NCBI GenBank assembly: GCA_050273025.1
Contig: CP158635.1
Location: 8,432,001 to 8,496,000 of the forward strand
Direction of reading: 5' to 3'
DNA: 64,000 nt
Source: Cenococcum geophilum
Taxonomy: Eukaryota
In this document: positions 1-12,586 of the stretch, piece by piece
Layout of the letters: every line of letters begins with the position of its first letter
Numbering within the stretch: position 1 is the first letter of the stretch
Notes under the pieces: model-generated
Told to the model about the DNA's origin: nothing
The model's database searches: none
What the model saw: the letters and a program-made list of their open reading frames with translations, nothing else
Translations under genes and position numbers: made by a program

Positions 1-2989
1 ATATATAAAGAAATAGAGAAAGGACTAAGTTATATACTAAAGAGATACCATAAGTATAATAAGAAACTATGGTCACCGGAAAGTAAAAAGCTGTTAGAGT
101 ATATAGCATGGGACTATAAGATAGAATTAGAACTAGGAATAAGTCTAAGGTTTTTTCTAATCTATAAGCTTACTAAAGAAAAAGGTAAAGCACTAAAAGA
201 GTTTATTTAGGAGAATCTACAAAAAGGATATATTAGACCATTACAGTTATTAGCGGGATATCCAGTACTGTTTATACTAAAGAAGAATAGCAAACTAAGG
301 CTGTGTATTAACTATAGACAGTTAAACAGTATTACTAGAAAGGATAGGTATCCTTTACCCTTAATTAGCGAAATCTAAGATAGGATAGGTAATACGCAAA
401 TCTTTATAAAGATAGATCTAAGATAGGCGTATTATTAGATTAGAATTAAGGAAGGCGATAAATAGAAGGCGGCCTTTAGGTCAAAGGAAGGACTATATAA
501 ACCGTTAGTTATATAATTTAGGCTTATAAACGCACTAGCAACATTCTAGAAGCGTATTAATAATGTATTAGAAGAACACTTAAATGAATTTATTATAGTA
601 TACCTTAATAATATTATTATCTACTTAATAACTAAGGAAGAATACGGAGAACACGTTAAATGGGTCTTAAAGAGACTATAAGAAGAATAGATGCTAGTAG
701 CAATTAAGAAATGTGAGTTCTTTACTAGGAAGACCAATTTCGTTAGATTTATTATTAAATTAGGCCAACTTAGCATAGATCTAAAGAAGATTAAGGCTAT
801 AGTAAATTAGTAAGAACTAGAGAACGTTATATAGTTAAGGTTATTCCTAGGGTTTTACAATTACTACAGAAGGTTTATAGCGTAGTGGTTAAAGGATATT
901 AAGCCATTTACGTAGTTAATAAAGAAAGAAGAACTATAGGCATAGGGAGAGGAATAAAGAAAACTCTTTAAAAAAGTTAAGGAGTTATTTACCTAGGAGC
1001 TAGTTCTTAAAATCTATTAACTAGGCCTAGAGACGGTTATAGAAATAGATATATTAGACTATGCACTAGGGGTATACTTTATACAGAAATATTAGGATGG
1101 ATGGCACCTAGTGGTATACTATAGTTAAAAGATAATACTACTAGAGTTAAACTATAACATTTATAATAAAGAGTTGTTAGGTATAGTTGTAGTATTAAAG
1201 GAATAGAGAGCATTCTTATAAGGCACAGAGAAACTATTTATAGTTAAGACGGATTATAAGAACCTAATAGGATTCCTAATAATAAAGAAACTTAACTAAA
1301 GATAGGTTAGATGGGCAGAGATGCTTATAGAATACTATTTTAAGATTTAGTATATTAAGGGTACAGATAATACGTAGGCAGATACTCTAAGCTATAAAGC
1401 TAAACTGCAGAATAACGAAAAGCCATTAGGGGCTTTACTACGAAAAGATATAGACGGATTTATTAGATACAATTATCTAAAGATTACAGCAACTTAAGAA
1501 GACAAGGAACTAGAGAAAGCTTATAAAATACTAGAAAGCTTTTAGGAATAAAGGATTCTAGAAGTATAACTAAAAGATCTATAGGCGGATATATATAAAA
1601 ATTAAAAAGTAAAGTATATCCTAAGAAATATAGCAGAGTAGTTCGTAGAGGACTTCTATAAGGGATTAACTTAAGGACATAATAGAGCTATAGGCTTAGT
1701 GTTAAGACTTTAAGAAGAGTATATTATTAACGGAATCTAGAGGATAGCTAAAAAGGTTACTAGAGAGTGTCTAAATTACTAGAGGAATAAACTAATAAGG
1801 TATAAGCTGTATAGAGGGCTACAACCTATTAAAATACTAGAGAGACCATAGGAGGTTATATTATGGGACTTTATTATTAAGTTGCTAAAGTTAAGAGATC
1901 CTATTACTAGATAAGATTATAACGTAATCTTAGTAATAGTAGACAAGCTTATAAAGTAGGGATACTTTATAGCATACACAGAAGAAATCTTAGCGGAAGA
2001 TATCGCTAGAATCTATATTAAAGAAGTGTTTATAAGATATAGAGCACTAAGTAAGATTATATTAGATAGAGATCTAAGATTTATAGCAGTATTCTAGGAG
2101 GTATTCTTGGCGGAGTAAGGAGTTTAAGTAGCAACTTTTACTGTATATTATCCACAGACAGACGGTTAAACGGAAAGATTAAATTAGACGCTAGAGCAGT
2201 ATCTAAGGCATTATATTAATTATGTATAGAATAATTAGGTATCGCTATTACTAATTATATAGTTTGCATACAATATAACACCTTAAAAAGGAATAGGCAT
2301 ATTATTATTTAAGGCAAATTATGGATATAAGCTAAAAATATTATTATTACTACGGTAAGTAAAGAAAATAAGTAGTATAGCTAAAGAAAGAATAAAGACG
2401 CTAATAAACCTCTATATAGACCTTATAGAACTAGCAAAGAAAGTATAAAAGAGAATGAAAAGGTACTATAATGCTAAGAGATCTAAAGGACCAGATCTTA
2501 AGGAGGGAGATAAAGTATGGCTACTATATAAAAATTTTAAGAGTTAATAACTAAGTAAGAAGTTAGATTATGTTAGACTAGGACCTTTTAAAATTACGTA
2601 GAAAATTTCACTGGTTACGTATAAGTTAAACCTACTAGCCAAAATAAAGATCTACCCTATATAGTATATCGCAATGCTAGAGCCAGTATATAGGAATATT
2701 AAGCCACTGGTTTACGAAGCAGACACGTATAGAGGATAAGAAGAAGATAAATAGTAAGTTTTGAGGATTATTAGTTATAAGGACGTTAATAATGAAATAT
2801 AGTATAAGGTTAAGTGGATAGGCTATACTAAGACTACCTAGGAGCCACTAGAAAATTTAAAGAATGTTATAGAAAAAGTATAGGAGTATCGGAAGAGATT
2901 AGGTTAGGTAGTATTAAAAAAAAAGGATTACTAAAGAATGAGTCACCTAAGGGGGACCTAAGAAGAGCAGTTGCTAAGCTACTTAGATT

Positions 2990-3539
2990 AATTTTTTTCC
3001 CGGTTAGAAAAGAATCCGTTCTTTTATTACCTAGTTCCTATAAACCTTATTCTATAAGTTTTTACTCCTTAAAATATACCTTCTTACGTACCTTTTTAAG
3101 ACGGATTAACTAAGCGGACGCCGTAAGACGAGACTTAAGGGCCCGTTGCTGAGTATTGGCAGCCTCCCGTTCAGCGTCCTAAGAATGGCGTAATTTAGCA
3201 AGAGTAACAGACAGTTTATTATTTAGTTACGTAGTAGCAGATTAAATATAAAACCTTAAGATAAATTAATTAGGGAACCAGACGACTATTAAGAGTAATA
3301 GGTTATATATATTTAGCATTAGAAATAAAGCGAACGTTATAGGACGAACGAATATTTGCTTTAGTGCACTCTAAGTAAGAGGACGGTTATCGCAAAGATG
3401 GGTTTGCTAGTATAATATAAACTAACCCCTCTTTTAAACAGCGAAAACACAAAAACGGTATAATCTTACTAAGAGACAGTATCGCAGCGACAGTGCGAGC
3501 ACGACGAGCAGTTAAGGAAGAAGAAATTGCTTTAGGTAT
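2990..3539 (-). pseudogene. Antisense accessory ORF of Gypsy family A with Zn2Cys6-like cysteine spacing
   Basis: Minus translation (M)PKAISSSLTARRARTVAAILSLSKIIPFLCFRCLKEGLVY...SSYLECTKANIRSSY; three Tyr are TAT/TAC codons compatible with RIP of Cys; homologue at 31252-31790; 3' end approximate. Confidence 0.65.
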
Positions 3540-3647
3540 AATGAGCAATAATATTAACTAAATTAATTAGACGGACATTATACCTTTAGTAAATAACTTA
3601 GAGATGTTAGGAATCTTTAAGGATAAAGATAAAGAGGAGGGAGATGG

Positions 3648-4056
3648 TGTTACGGACGCTTTAAGTACAATATTATAACTACTAAGAGAGGAGTTAGAAG
3701 AAGCTAGTTAGTTAATTTAGGTATAGTCTAGGATAAAGCCGATAGAACTATGTAACGAGGAATGGTAACTAAGGTCATATAATGTAATCTATATAATCTG
3801 TATAATCTATAAGATCTATAACAGAGTAGATAGAGTACACGTATATTACGTATAAGGAGGATTTTATAGGAGTATGGTTATGTATTTAAGGACCCTTAGT
3901 CCCTACCTAGATAGTTCCTTCCTTATAGTGATTTTTAGAATATAATTAGAGTTAATCTATTAGGCAACCACTCCACTAATTATTATTACTTGCATTTCCT
4001 ATACACTTAGCCCAATAACGAGCCCACCGTAGTTCCTGCTACAAGGTTCCGTTATA
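3648..4056 (+). repeat. 3' LTR of Gypsy family A copy 1
   Basis: Starts TGTTACGG after the PPT, ends CCGTTATA (RIP of ...ACA); matches reverse complement of 30723-31143 and 48200-48620. Confidence 0.92.
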
Positions 4057-4368
4057 TAATTAAAGTTTTTTTTAAAACTTAAAGTAGTAGCTATATACTT
4101 ATTAATTTAAATCTAAATTATAAAATAACTTTAGCAACTTTCTAAACTATATAGTAGAATAATAAAGATTTAATAAAGTAGTAGAAATGGTATTTCTTAT
4201 AAGTAGGAATTTAGTAGTATAATATACAATATATTTAGATAAAGGGAAGAATAAGATTATATAAAGCGCCTATTAATTAATATATTAAATAAAGTCTCTA
4301 CTATAGTACTATAACGTTATTAATCTGTTCTAAAGTCCTTTAAATTATCTTCTATATAATTAATAAGC

Positions 4369-4393
4369 CTATATATATATATATATATATATA
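4369..4393. repeat. (TA)n microsatellite
   Basis: Run of about 12 TA units. Confidence 0.9.
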
Positions 4394-6234
4394 CTTTAAT
4401 ATCTTAAAGATATAATACATATTTACTAAAACTAATCCTACCCTAGTAGAGATATAGGTAAAAGCTAGATAATAGCTTTATAGCTATTTAATAGAGATAC
4501 TAAGCTTACTATTTAATTATTTAATACTACTATTGGTATGGCTACTAAGTAGTAGGCTAGTAGAAGATATATTTAAAATTAAATAGTAAAGATTAATAGG
4601 CGCTATAGAGAATAGAACAAAATTTAATAAAGTACCTTATAAAGAAGGCATTAAAGAAGATTTTATATTTAATATAGGATCTACTATAAAATATCTAGTG
4701 GTAATAATTAGTAATATAAAAGAAAGTATTGCTATTTATATAGCATTTTATACCTATTATAATATTTACTAGTTCTACTACTACATCTAGTTTATTAAAA
4801 GCTACTATACTATTAATACTAATAGTTTTTACTATTAAATATAATTAGCTAATAATTATACAACTATAATATAAGTCTTTTATTACTACTATTATTAGAA
4901 AGGAGAGCTTATTAATTAATTAATACTATAAGAGTTACTTTAATAGTATTTATAGCTATATAGAGAGATATTTATATATTTATCCTCCTTATTCTATAGG
5001 TATTTACTATACTTAATCTGTAATAGTAAAGATAGACCTAATATATTAAGCGTAACTTTTTTCTGTTCTATTACGTCTAATTAACACGCTAAATAGTAGG
5101 GTTATATTAAGTAGTACTTTAATTTAAATTTAAGACAGTATATAATATTATGCTTTTTATTCTTATAGTATTATTAAAGATAGTAATAGCGTTTAAATAG
5201 TGTATATAGTTACTCTATTTAGTAGTCTCTTTTTACTAATAGCTTCTTTACTATACCTTTATAATAATTATTAAAGAACTCTACCTCTTTATTAACTACT
5301 ACTTTAGTTAAAATACCTACTATTTAAAGTGTTGCTTAAATAGCTGTAGTAATTTTAATAATTATAGTATTAGTAGACGTATTGATAGGTATAGTAGTAG
5401 CCTTATATTTAATTATAAGATTAACCTATTAAGTCTTTTTATATATTTTAACCATACCTCTATTATTCCTTCTGCTTTATACTATTTATCTATATTATTT
5501 ACTTCTTTAAGTATTATAAGATTCTTTAAACTTTATAATATAATAATAGTAGTTAATTAATTAAGCTAAAACGAATAAAGGCTGCAATATTTATTAGCTT
5601 AATATATATTTTAAATAATAAACTTTTAGTATTTAAAGACTTTAAATAGGACAACTATAATATTAATAAATGTCTTTATAGTATTAGTATATATAGTTAT
5701 ATTTAGAATAAATGTTTAAAAACCTTTAGGTTATTCTATAATAGTAAAAGGCGTTTATATAGGTAGTATAGGTTTAATAGTAAGGTCTACTTCTTTAGTC
5801 GCTTTAGAAGTGTTTTTAATAGTATTTTTTAAGTACCTTAGCTCCCCTCTTATATATTATAGTGCTAACTAAAATAAGAAAAAGTATAGGCTTTAAATAA
5901 CTTTCTTAAAGGAATAGATAATAGTAATATAGTATAAAGGGCAAGTAGTATATTATATAAGTATAGAAAAATAGTTTAAATAGGTAAGGTTTTAGTAAAT
6001 TGCTATTATTAATTATAATTTCTAATATTTAATTCTCCTTTTTTAAAGCGACTATATTATAGCCAACTTTTATATCTTAATAACTTTTTAACTACGCATT
6101 CTATCTATATACTTTTAAGATATAAAATATAAAGCTTAAGAAGCTAAATTTAATAGTATTATAATAATTAAAATTTAGTTATAGATAAAAAAGTTATTAA
6201 ATATTAAATAATATAACTCTATATTTATATAAAG

Positions 6235-7640
6235 TTTCGCATAGAGCTTTATACGGAGGCTCTACGTATAGGTACTTTATATAAGGCTTTATATAAGGCT
6301 CTACGCAGGGCTCTATATTAGGGACTTTATATATAGAGGCTCTATATATAGAGGCTCTGCGTATAAAGGCTCTGTATATAAAGGCTCTATATATAGGCTC
6401 TATACAACGCTTTATATTAAAGACTCTGTATATAAAAAGATTTTATAGACAAAGGCTTTATATATAGAGGCTCTATATATGGAGGCTCTGTACAATGCTC
6501 TACACGACGCTTTACACGACGCTCTATATTAAAGGCTCTATATATAGAGGCTCTATGTACGGAAGCTCTATACGATACTCTGCACGACGCTCTGCACAAC
6601 GCTCCGTATCGAAGACTCTGCGTACGGAGACTCTGCGTTTAGAGACTCTGCGTATAAGGCTCTGCGTATAGAGGCTCTGCGTATGGAGGCTCTGCGTATG
6701 GAGGCTCTGCGTATGGAGGCTCTGCGTATAGAGGCTCTGCGTATAGAGGCTCTGCGTATAGAGGCTCTGCGTATAAAGGCTCTGCGTATAGAGGCTCTGC
6801 GTATAGAGGCTCTGCGTATAGAGGCTCTGCGTATAGAGGCTCTGCGTATAGAGGCTCTGCGTATAGAGGCTCTGCGTATAGAGGCTCTGCGTATAGAGGC
6901 TCTGCATACAAAGGCTCTGCGTATAGAGACTCTGCGTACGGAGGCTCTGCATATAGAGGCTCTGCACGAAGCTACGTACGCGGAGCCTCCGTATGCAGAG
7001 TCTTTGTATGTAGAGTGTCGTGCAGAGCGTCGTGCAGAGTCTCCGTAGGTAGAGCCTCCATACGCAGAGCCTTCGCACGCAGAGTCTTCGATACAGAGTC
7101 TTCGATGCAGAGCATCGTGCAGAGCATCGTACAGAGCTTCCGTACGTAGAGCCTCCATACGCAGAGCCTTCGTACGCGGGGTCTTCAATGCAGAGTCTTC
7201 AATGCAGAGTCTTCGAGCATCGTGCAGAGCGTCGCGCAGAGCGTCGTGCAGAGCGTCGTGCAGAGCCTCCGTATGTAGAGCCTCCATACGCAAAGCCTCC
7301 ATACACAGAGTCTTCAATGCAGAGCGTCGTATAGAGCCTCCATACGTAGAGCCTCTATACGCAGAGCCTCCGTAGGCAGAGCTCCCTTAACCTCCCCTTT
7401 TATAGAGCTTTGTGCAGGCGTCTGTTTATTAAGGTGTTCGTAGAGGCAACCGCAAAGGCGTTCGTAGAGGCGTTCGTAGAGGCGTTCGTAGAGACGTTCG
7501 TAGAGACGTTCGTACGGGCGTTCGTGCAGGCGTTCGTGCGAGCGTTCTCAGGGACTTCCTAGTGTATTAATACTGTATATTAAAAGAGCTTTACCGCTCC
7601 GTATAAAGCTTTAAGTAGAGCTTTGTATAGAGCTTCAGGT
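6235..7640. repeat. Minisatellite array (15-mer GAGGCTCTGCGTATA and 12-mer variants) in two oppositely oriented blocks
   Basis: About 20 tandem 15-mers at 6655-6965; orientation flips near 6975 to TACGCAGAGCCTC; GTTCGTAGAGGC 12-mers at 7440-7545. Confidence 0.95.
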
Positions 7641-7852
7641 AGAGCTTTTGCATGATCAAGACTAAGAATTTGATGTTCTGAAATTTTCGGATTTCGGGCG
7701 TTGGCGGTTTGGTGCGTATGGCCCACCATAGAAGGGACAGAATTCATGGCTCGAAATGAACATTGAGATCCCCGGATTCCGCGACGACGACGCATTGTCC
7801 GTGTTCCCGGCTTATGCTCACCGAGTCCCTGCCCGCTCGCGGGGAGCTAAAA

Positions 7853-8364
7853 TATAGGCTGTATATCAACAGGAGGTTCCACTCGATGTAGGCTTGAATT
7901 CCCTTCTATCTTCCGGGTTCCTCTAATTATGTCACAGGTTCTTCTTCTGTCTCCCCCACTTTCCTATCTTCTTGCTCCTGTCTATGACTACTCACCTCGC
8001 CCTGCTCACCTCTAGGTTGCCTGCGCTGAAGTCGGAGAAAGACGAAGATCCGCTCTTCGACGACGACTGGGATGCATCTATGTCTCTCTATCCCAAGGGA
8101 AGCGCAAAGTCCTCTACTGACAGCGAGGCTGCCAAACCTCCTGTCATCGTGCTTGCTATGACCGTCGGACAGAACGCCATCTTCGATCCCTGCAAAGAAG
8201 AACTTGTAGTTGTTGATGTTGTGCTAGCGGTCGCGTGCATCTCTTCTCAACCTACCGGTGCTCGTATTGTATCCATCCGGACCATTGATCCTACTTCCTA
8301 CCTCACTCCGCCTGGCATTCCTAACTCCATGAATAGTGAAGCACCGATAAGAGCTGGAAGCTGA
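7853..8364 (+). pseudogene. RRP42: Fragment of exosome complex subunit Rrp42-like (RNase PH family) gene
   Basis: YRLYIN..[intron remnant, ctaat...cag]..VLLLSPPLSY, frameshift, LLSMTTHLALLTSRLPALKSEKDEDPLFDDDW...FDPCKEEL...IRTIDP..LTPPG resembles the C-terminal half of Pezizomycotina Rrp42; N-terminus absent and C-terminus truncated. Confidence 0.75.
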
Positions 8365-9235
8365 TGTAGTATGTGACGGGCTTGTGACGAGTCCACTTCA
8401 TGAGATTGATTCTTATTGTTCGGGCTGTATGCTGTTCATAGCCCAGCTCGCGTTTCTATTATCCTCTAAAAGATGTACTCGGACTTACTTTACTGGCTCT
8501 TTGCTTTACCTTGCATGATTTGCTAGACACATTCTGGGAATAAGCGCGCAACTAAGATTGTCTAGTCATTTGGCTCGCAACTTTCTCGAGCCGCATTAGA
8601 AGCCGGGGCATGAACAATCCGAAACTGCGTCAGTGAAGCCTGAGGTCATCTTCAGCCCACATCTACGGCTTGGAGAGCATCAATCACTTCTTCTGCAACT
8701 CATCCCTTTTCGACCACCATCTTTACGATCATGGATATGAGGCCCCTCTTTATTCCTCCCCTTGGCGGCGTCCATACCCCAGAATTAGCCAATATCTCCC
8801 GCTGAGTCAGAGCATCGGCGCTAGAAGTCGGAGCAGTACCTCCAGTCGCAGAACTCCCTGAACAATTCAGCGATGCGGATTCCATGGTCCAGACCGCTGC
8901 TTTTGTGAGATACTACTCAGGTGCATTGCTGCCAAGGACGAAGGCTTGCGGCTGGCGAACGACTCGCCATATAGAAGACCGAATCGAAACTTAGCGGCAT
9001 TTTCCGCCCAAAGCCAAGTCGACAGCTGAACATCTGACAACAACTTTTGGTTTTGTGGATTCAAAGCACAGCACAGCGTTCAGCCGATTCTAGATTTCCT
9101 CCTGCTTCTACCCTCACGCCATCATCTGTACTCCACTTATGCACCTACCTCTTGCAAGAAGTTTAACTAAAAAGTTCATTGCTCATAGTTGATATTAAAC
9201 ACCGGCCTCTCAGTATACTACTCAAGCCACGCAGT

Positions 9236-11667
9236 ATGGAAGGCGGCATGCGGTGGGTAGGTTGTGATGTTGTACATTGTGGATTCTGGATCAACTGGAG
9301 TGGGTGTTCCACGCCCTCACACCCAAATCGACTGACTTTTACAGGCAAAGGAGCAGTTTATGGCTCAACCCTCACTCTTCCAACCTCATGGGGCTTAGTG
9401 CTCGCCGCGGTTCTGGCTATGTTCCTGAAACTAATCGGCGACCACCTCTGGGGAATCTCATGTTTTGCTATCCATCAGCTCAACTCGACACCGAAGAAGC
9501 AGGACGACATGTATCACCAGCTTCAGCTCATATTGCGAAACACTGAAAGTACAGCAACTCTCATTTCGAACTCCATCAAACTCGGTCACGGTCACAAGGG
9601 TGCTAGATTCGAGGCATACAGGCGGTCCTTACTTCTGGTCATATTAGCTAGCTTTCACACACTAGCTTTCTACGGAGCTGGTAGCTTTTCCTCGCAAGTG
9701 ATTACTAGAAATGACGGGGTTAGAACAAGGAGCAAGTCCTGCGGGTTAATGGCAGAGCCATCTGAATTTTCCAACATCACCGACGACGCAATATTTGAAT
9801 CCGCAAATGCCTTTCTGATCATGGCTGGCAACGGGTGGCGAAAGGCTAACAGCTACTCCCGAGCCTGCTATAGCCAGACTGGAGGTAATTCCACGGTCTG
9901 TAACATATACGTCCGCCAGGCCATTCCTTACAATCTCACATCAGTTCCTTGCCCTTTCGATTCAAAAATATGTATCGGGCCAGGTATTGAACTCGACCCT
10001 GGTTTGATACATTCAGACCTTCATCTCGGCCTAAACACGCGCCCCAAGGATCGAATCTCTGTCAGAAAGGTCTTGACTTGCGCTCCATTGGCCGGAGAGA
10101 ACTACAGCGATGGATTGCAAACAATTCCAGAAGGCCTAATTCTTGGCCCCGGTTATCCGTCAGGTACGTTATGGCAAGGCTGGAAGTTTGGGCCTAGCGT
10201 ATGGTTAGAAGACACTGCGTCGGAATACACGTTCGTCATAGATGAACCTTTCTACAGGTCAGGCGACAAAGCGTATAACATGATGTTGGTCTCCCTTTTT
10301 CATTGTCTCTAACTCCCAATCCTCGGAATTTAAGCTTGCCAGCATCGGATCGAGCATTGTGCTCGCGCGAGAAACATCACCTTCATCTCCCCTTCCACAT
10401 TTCGCTAATACTCTTCCTAATATACATATGATATTGTATAGTTGGTGTATTCAAGGTGCCACCAATCGCGCATCCTTTCTTTTTGACCATCCCACCACGA
10501 TTTGCAGTCTCTTCAGACCGATGAAAACTTCAAAGCTGATCTCATCACAGATGGTTGACCAAATTTCTCAATAACCGTACTCTCACCGAACACCCCTTCG
10601 AACCTATTCCCGAACTTCAGTCTAATGATTCAGACACGATTATCGTTGGCCTCATGAACCGCATGGTTTATCGGACCGCCATCCGAGACCCTTGGTATGA
10701 CGCACAGAATTGCAGCAACACCACCCTTATCAATGAGTTAACCACTGGCTGCAAAGCAACGAACATGCTATCCTGGATCGGATGTCAAGAACGCTACCAA
10801 TTCTGCACTCATAATGAGGAACACTGTACACCACTCACTGGCCTCTACGCGATTTCGAACAAGGTCGAGACATGGAAGGCACTGAACAAGAACCAACAAG
10901 CAGTGTTCGAACTACTGTGGCAGGTTATCTACGGCACACAACTCAATTTTCAGCTCGGCTTCGTTGGCCTCGATAGCTTGATAGCAAACGAATACCTCTG
11001 GCCTGACGGTTTCGGGCTCGCGGTCTCTGGCAAGCTCCCCGACAATCAATGGGAGATCGAAATAGCGAACTGGATGAACATCACCCTAGCCGCTATGCAA
11101 CGCTCTGTACTGTTATACGCCCGACCCCCTGAATTCGATGCAGGCCCAGGCATTAGCTCTCTGAAATATATTCGCTCCCCTTCAACACCGGAAGCGCAAC
11201 TCCTTTGCCACGAAGTCAAAGCAAGGAGTAAATCACACATATCTTTCTCAGTCCTCGGATTCTTCCTCACAATTTCGCTCGGTCTGCTCATCATTTCCAC
11301 CAACCTCACTTTAGCGAAGGTTGTTGGCGCTTTGCAGAACTACTCGGGGAAGGGTCATTATAAGAGATTGGAATGGATCGAGAATGGATTCTTCCAATTA
11401 CAGAGAATGGCGGCTGAGGGTAGGGGTGTAGGGCCTTGGACCAGAAGAGAGAAGGATGTGCCGATGCTGGTGGAATATGGACATTTGTTCAGCCTAACGG
11501 GAAGTAGTATGAAGGGGAGGTGGAGTCGTGCGGAGAGCTATGAGCTGAGGGAGATGAGAGGAGGGATGGACGATGGCGATGGGGATGAGGAGATCGTGGA
11601 AGGGAGAGTGATGGGATCGACCGAGGTGAGAGGGGAGGAGGATACGACGCAATTGTTGAGAAGTTAG
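9236..11667 (+). CDS. Uncharacterised fungal membrane protein, ~706 aa; predicted exons 9236-9299, 9345-10284, 10551-11667
   Basis: ORFs 9179-10312 and 10555-11667 join in frame across intron 10285-10550 (GTTGGT..ctgat..CAG); 45-nt intron 9300-9344 (GTGGGT..ctgac..CAG) gives WINWSKGAVYGSTLTL; N-terminal hydrophobic helices, Cys-rich region with many N-x-S/T sites, C-terminal TM (SVLGFFLTISLGLLII); no RIP signature. Confidence 0.85.
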
Positions 11668-11879
11668 GGAGCCTGTTGGTGGCGATATATGCGGTTTGGA
11701 ATCTGCGCTTGGTGGTTGAGAGTGGACGGAGGGCTTACGGATTGTGAAAGAGTCAAGCACCAGGTCTGCTGCTAAATGGCTAGATCAACGAGCTATTATG
11801 TCTCTCGCTAGAGGTTTACGGCAGCATAAAACCGTGCTTTTTACCGTCTGCTATCAAACAGCAGCAACAGCATCCTTTT

Positions 11880-12030
11880 CAGGGTTGCAAGTCAATCAAC
11901 GAGATTTCAGTATTGAATTGAATTGAATTGAGAGCCAAGATTCAATTAATTCAACCGATTGAAGGTTCGCTAGCTTTTCAATTCAATCGATTTGGAAGTC
12001 CCAGATGAATTAAATCGGTTGAGAAATATT
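11880..12030. mobile_element. Terminus of a hAT-like element
   Basis: Starts CAGGGTTGCAAG, followed by repeated ATTGA/TCAAT motifs like the subtermini of 29300-30685; marks the GC-to-AT transition; partner end not found. Confidence 0.45.
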
Positions 12031-12586
12031 AAAACTTTTAATATTACTGGAGTTAACATATAATAATACTCTAAACCTTATTTTTCTTAGTTTCCCTCTT
12101 TAGAAAAAGTTTACCTAAGTATTGCCCGTTGTTTACACTATTACCCTGCCCACTAATAATATTAGTTCTATTACCACTAACGCGTCAAATAATAGCCGAA
12201 CGAATACCTTAATTCATTTTATAGCTCGTTTTAATCCTACTATACCTACATGGTAAACTTAGCTAAAAGTAGCCACTTTTTCCAGTTGTTTTATAGGTAG
12301 AAGCAGTACATTTATAGGTATTATTCTATAGTCGCGTTCGTAATTTTAGTTTAACTATCTATCTCCAGATAAAATACAGTTAAGAGTTATATTTATATAC
12401 TTAATTGTTTATATAGGGCTTACTAAAAGTCTAAAACAAACTAGCTTCTATAGTCGGATATTATTAAATTAAAAAGTTTATATAGCTTAAAGACGTACTT
12501 AATAAAATATTCGGCTACTAATATTATATTAATTAAGTCTATAGGAATTATGTGTCGCATTTTTATAAGATAGTTAATAACTACTA

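Larger units (their letters stand above)
1..4056 (+). mobile_element. Ty3/Gypsy chromovirus LTR retrotransposon, family A copy 1 (5' part outside window), RIP-degenerate
   Basis: Degenerate RT (RYPLPLI, YLNN=YLDD ~600), RNase H (NYNIYNKELL), integrase (H/YPQTDG*TE) and chromodomain (VKWIGY ~2810); PPT aaagaggagggagatgg before the LTR; colinear with 30723-48620. Confidence 0.95.
4057..7731 (-). mobile_element. Probable hAT-like DNA transposon relic, interrupted by Gypsy A1
   Basis: Very AT-rich degenerate coding-like sequence 4057-6230; minus-strand tag-acg-taa-tag-aac near 5070 de-RIPs to the hAT-type xTRWN motif; repeat array, then a sharp boundary to unique sequence at ...GGCCCACCATAG (~7731). 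The other end is not seen. Confidence 0.45.

Noticed and set aside
6417..7317. Repetitive ORFs (YTQSL, EALRI, RRASI, YAEPL repeats)
   Set aside because: Open in several frames on both strands because a 15-bp unit lacks stops; no sign of a real gene
8670..9064. Short ORFs upstream of the membrane-protein gene
   Set aside because: 60-65 aa, overlapping, no recognisable domain; likely promoter or intergenic sequence
7730..11880. Gene island as cargo of a single composite transposon or Starship
   Set aside because: Flanking putative termini do not match each other, no shared TSD, and no DUF3435-type captain recognised; the only YR seen is Crypton-like
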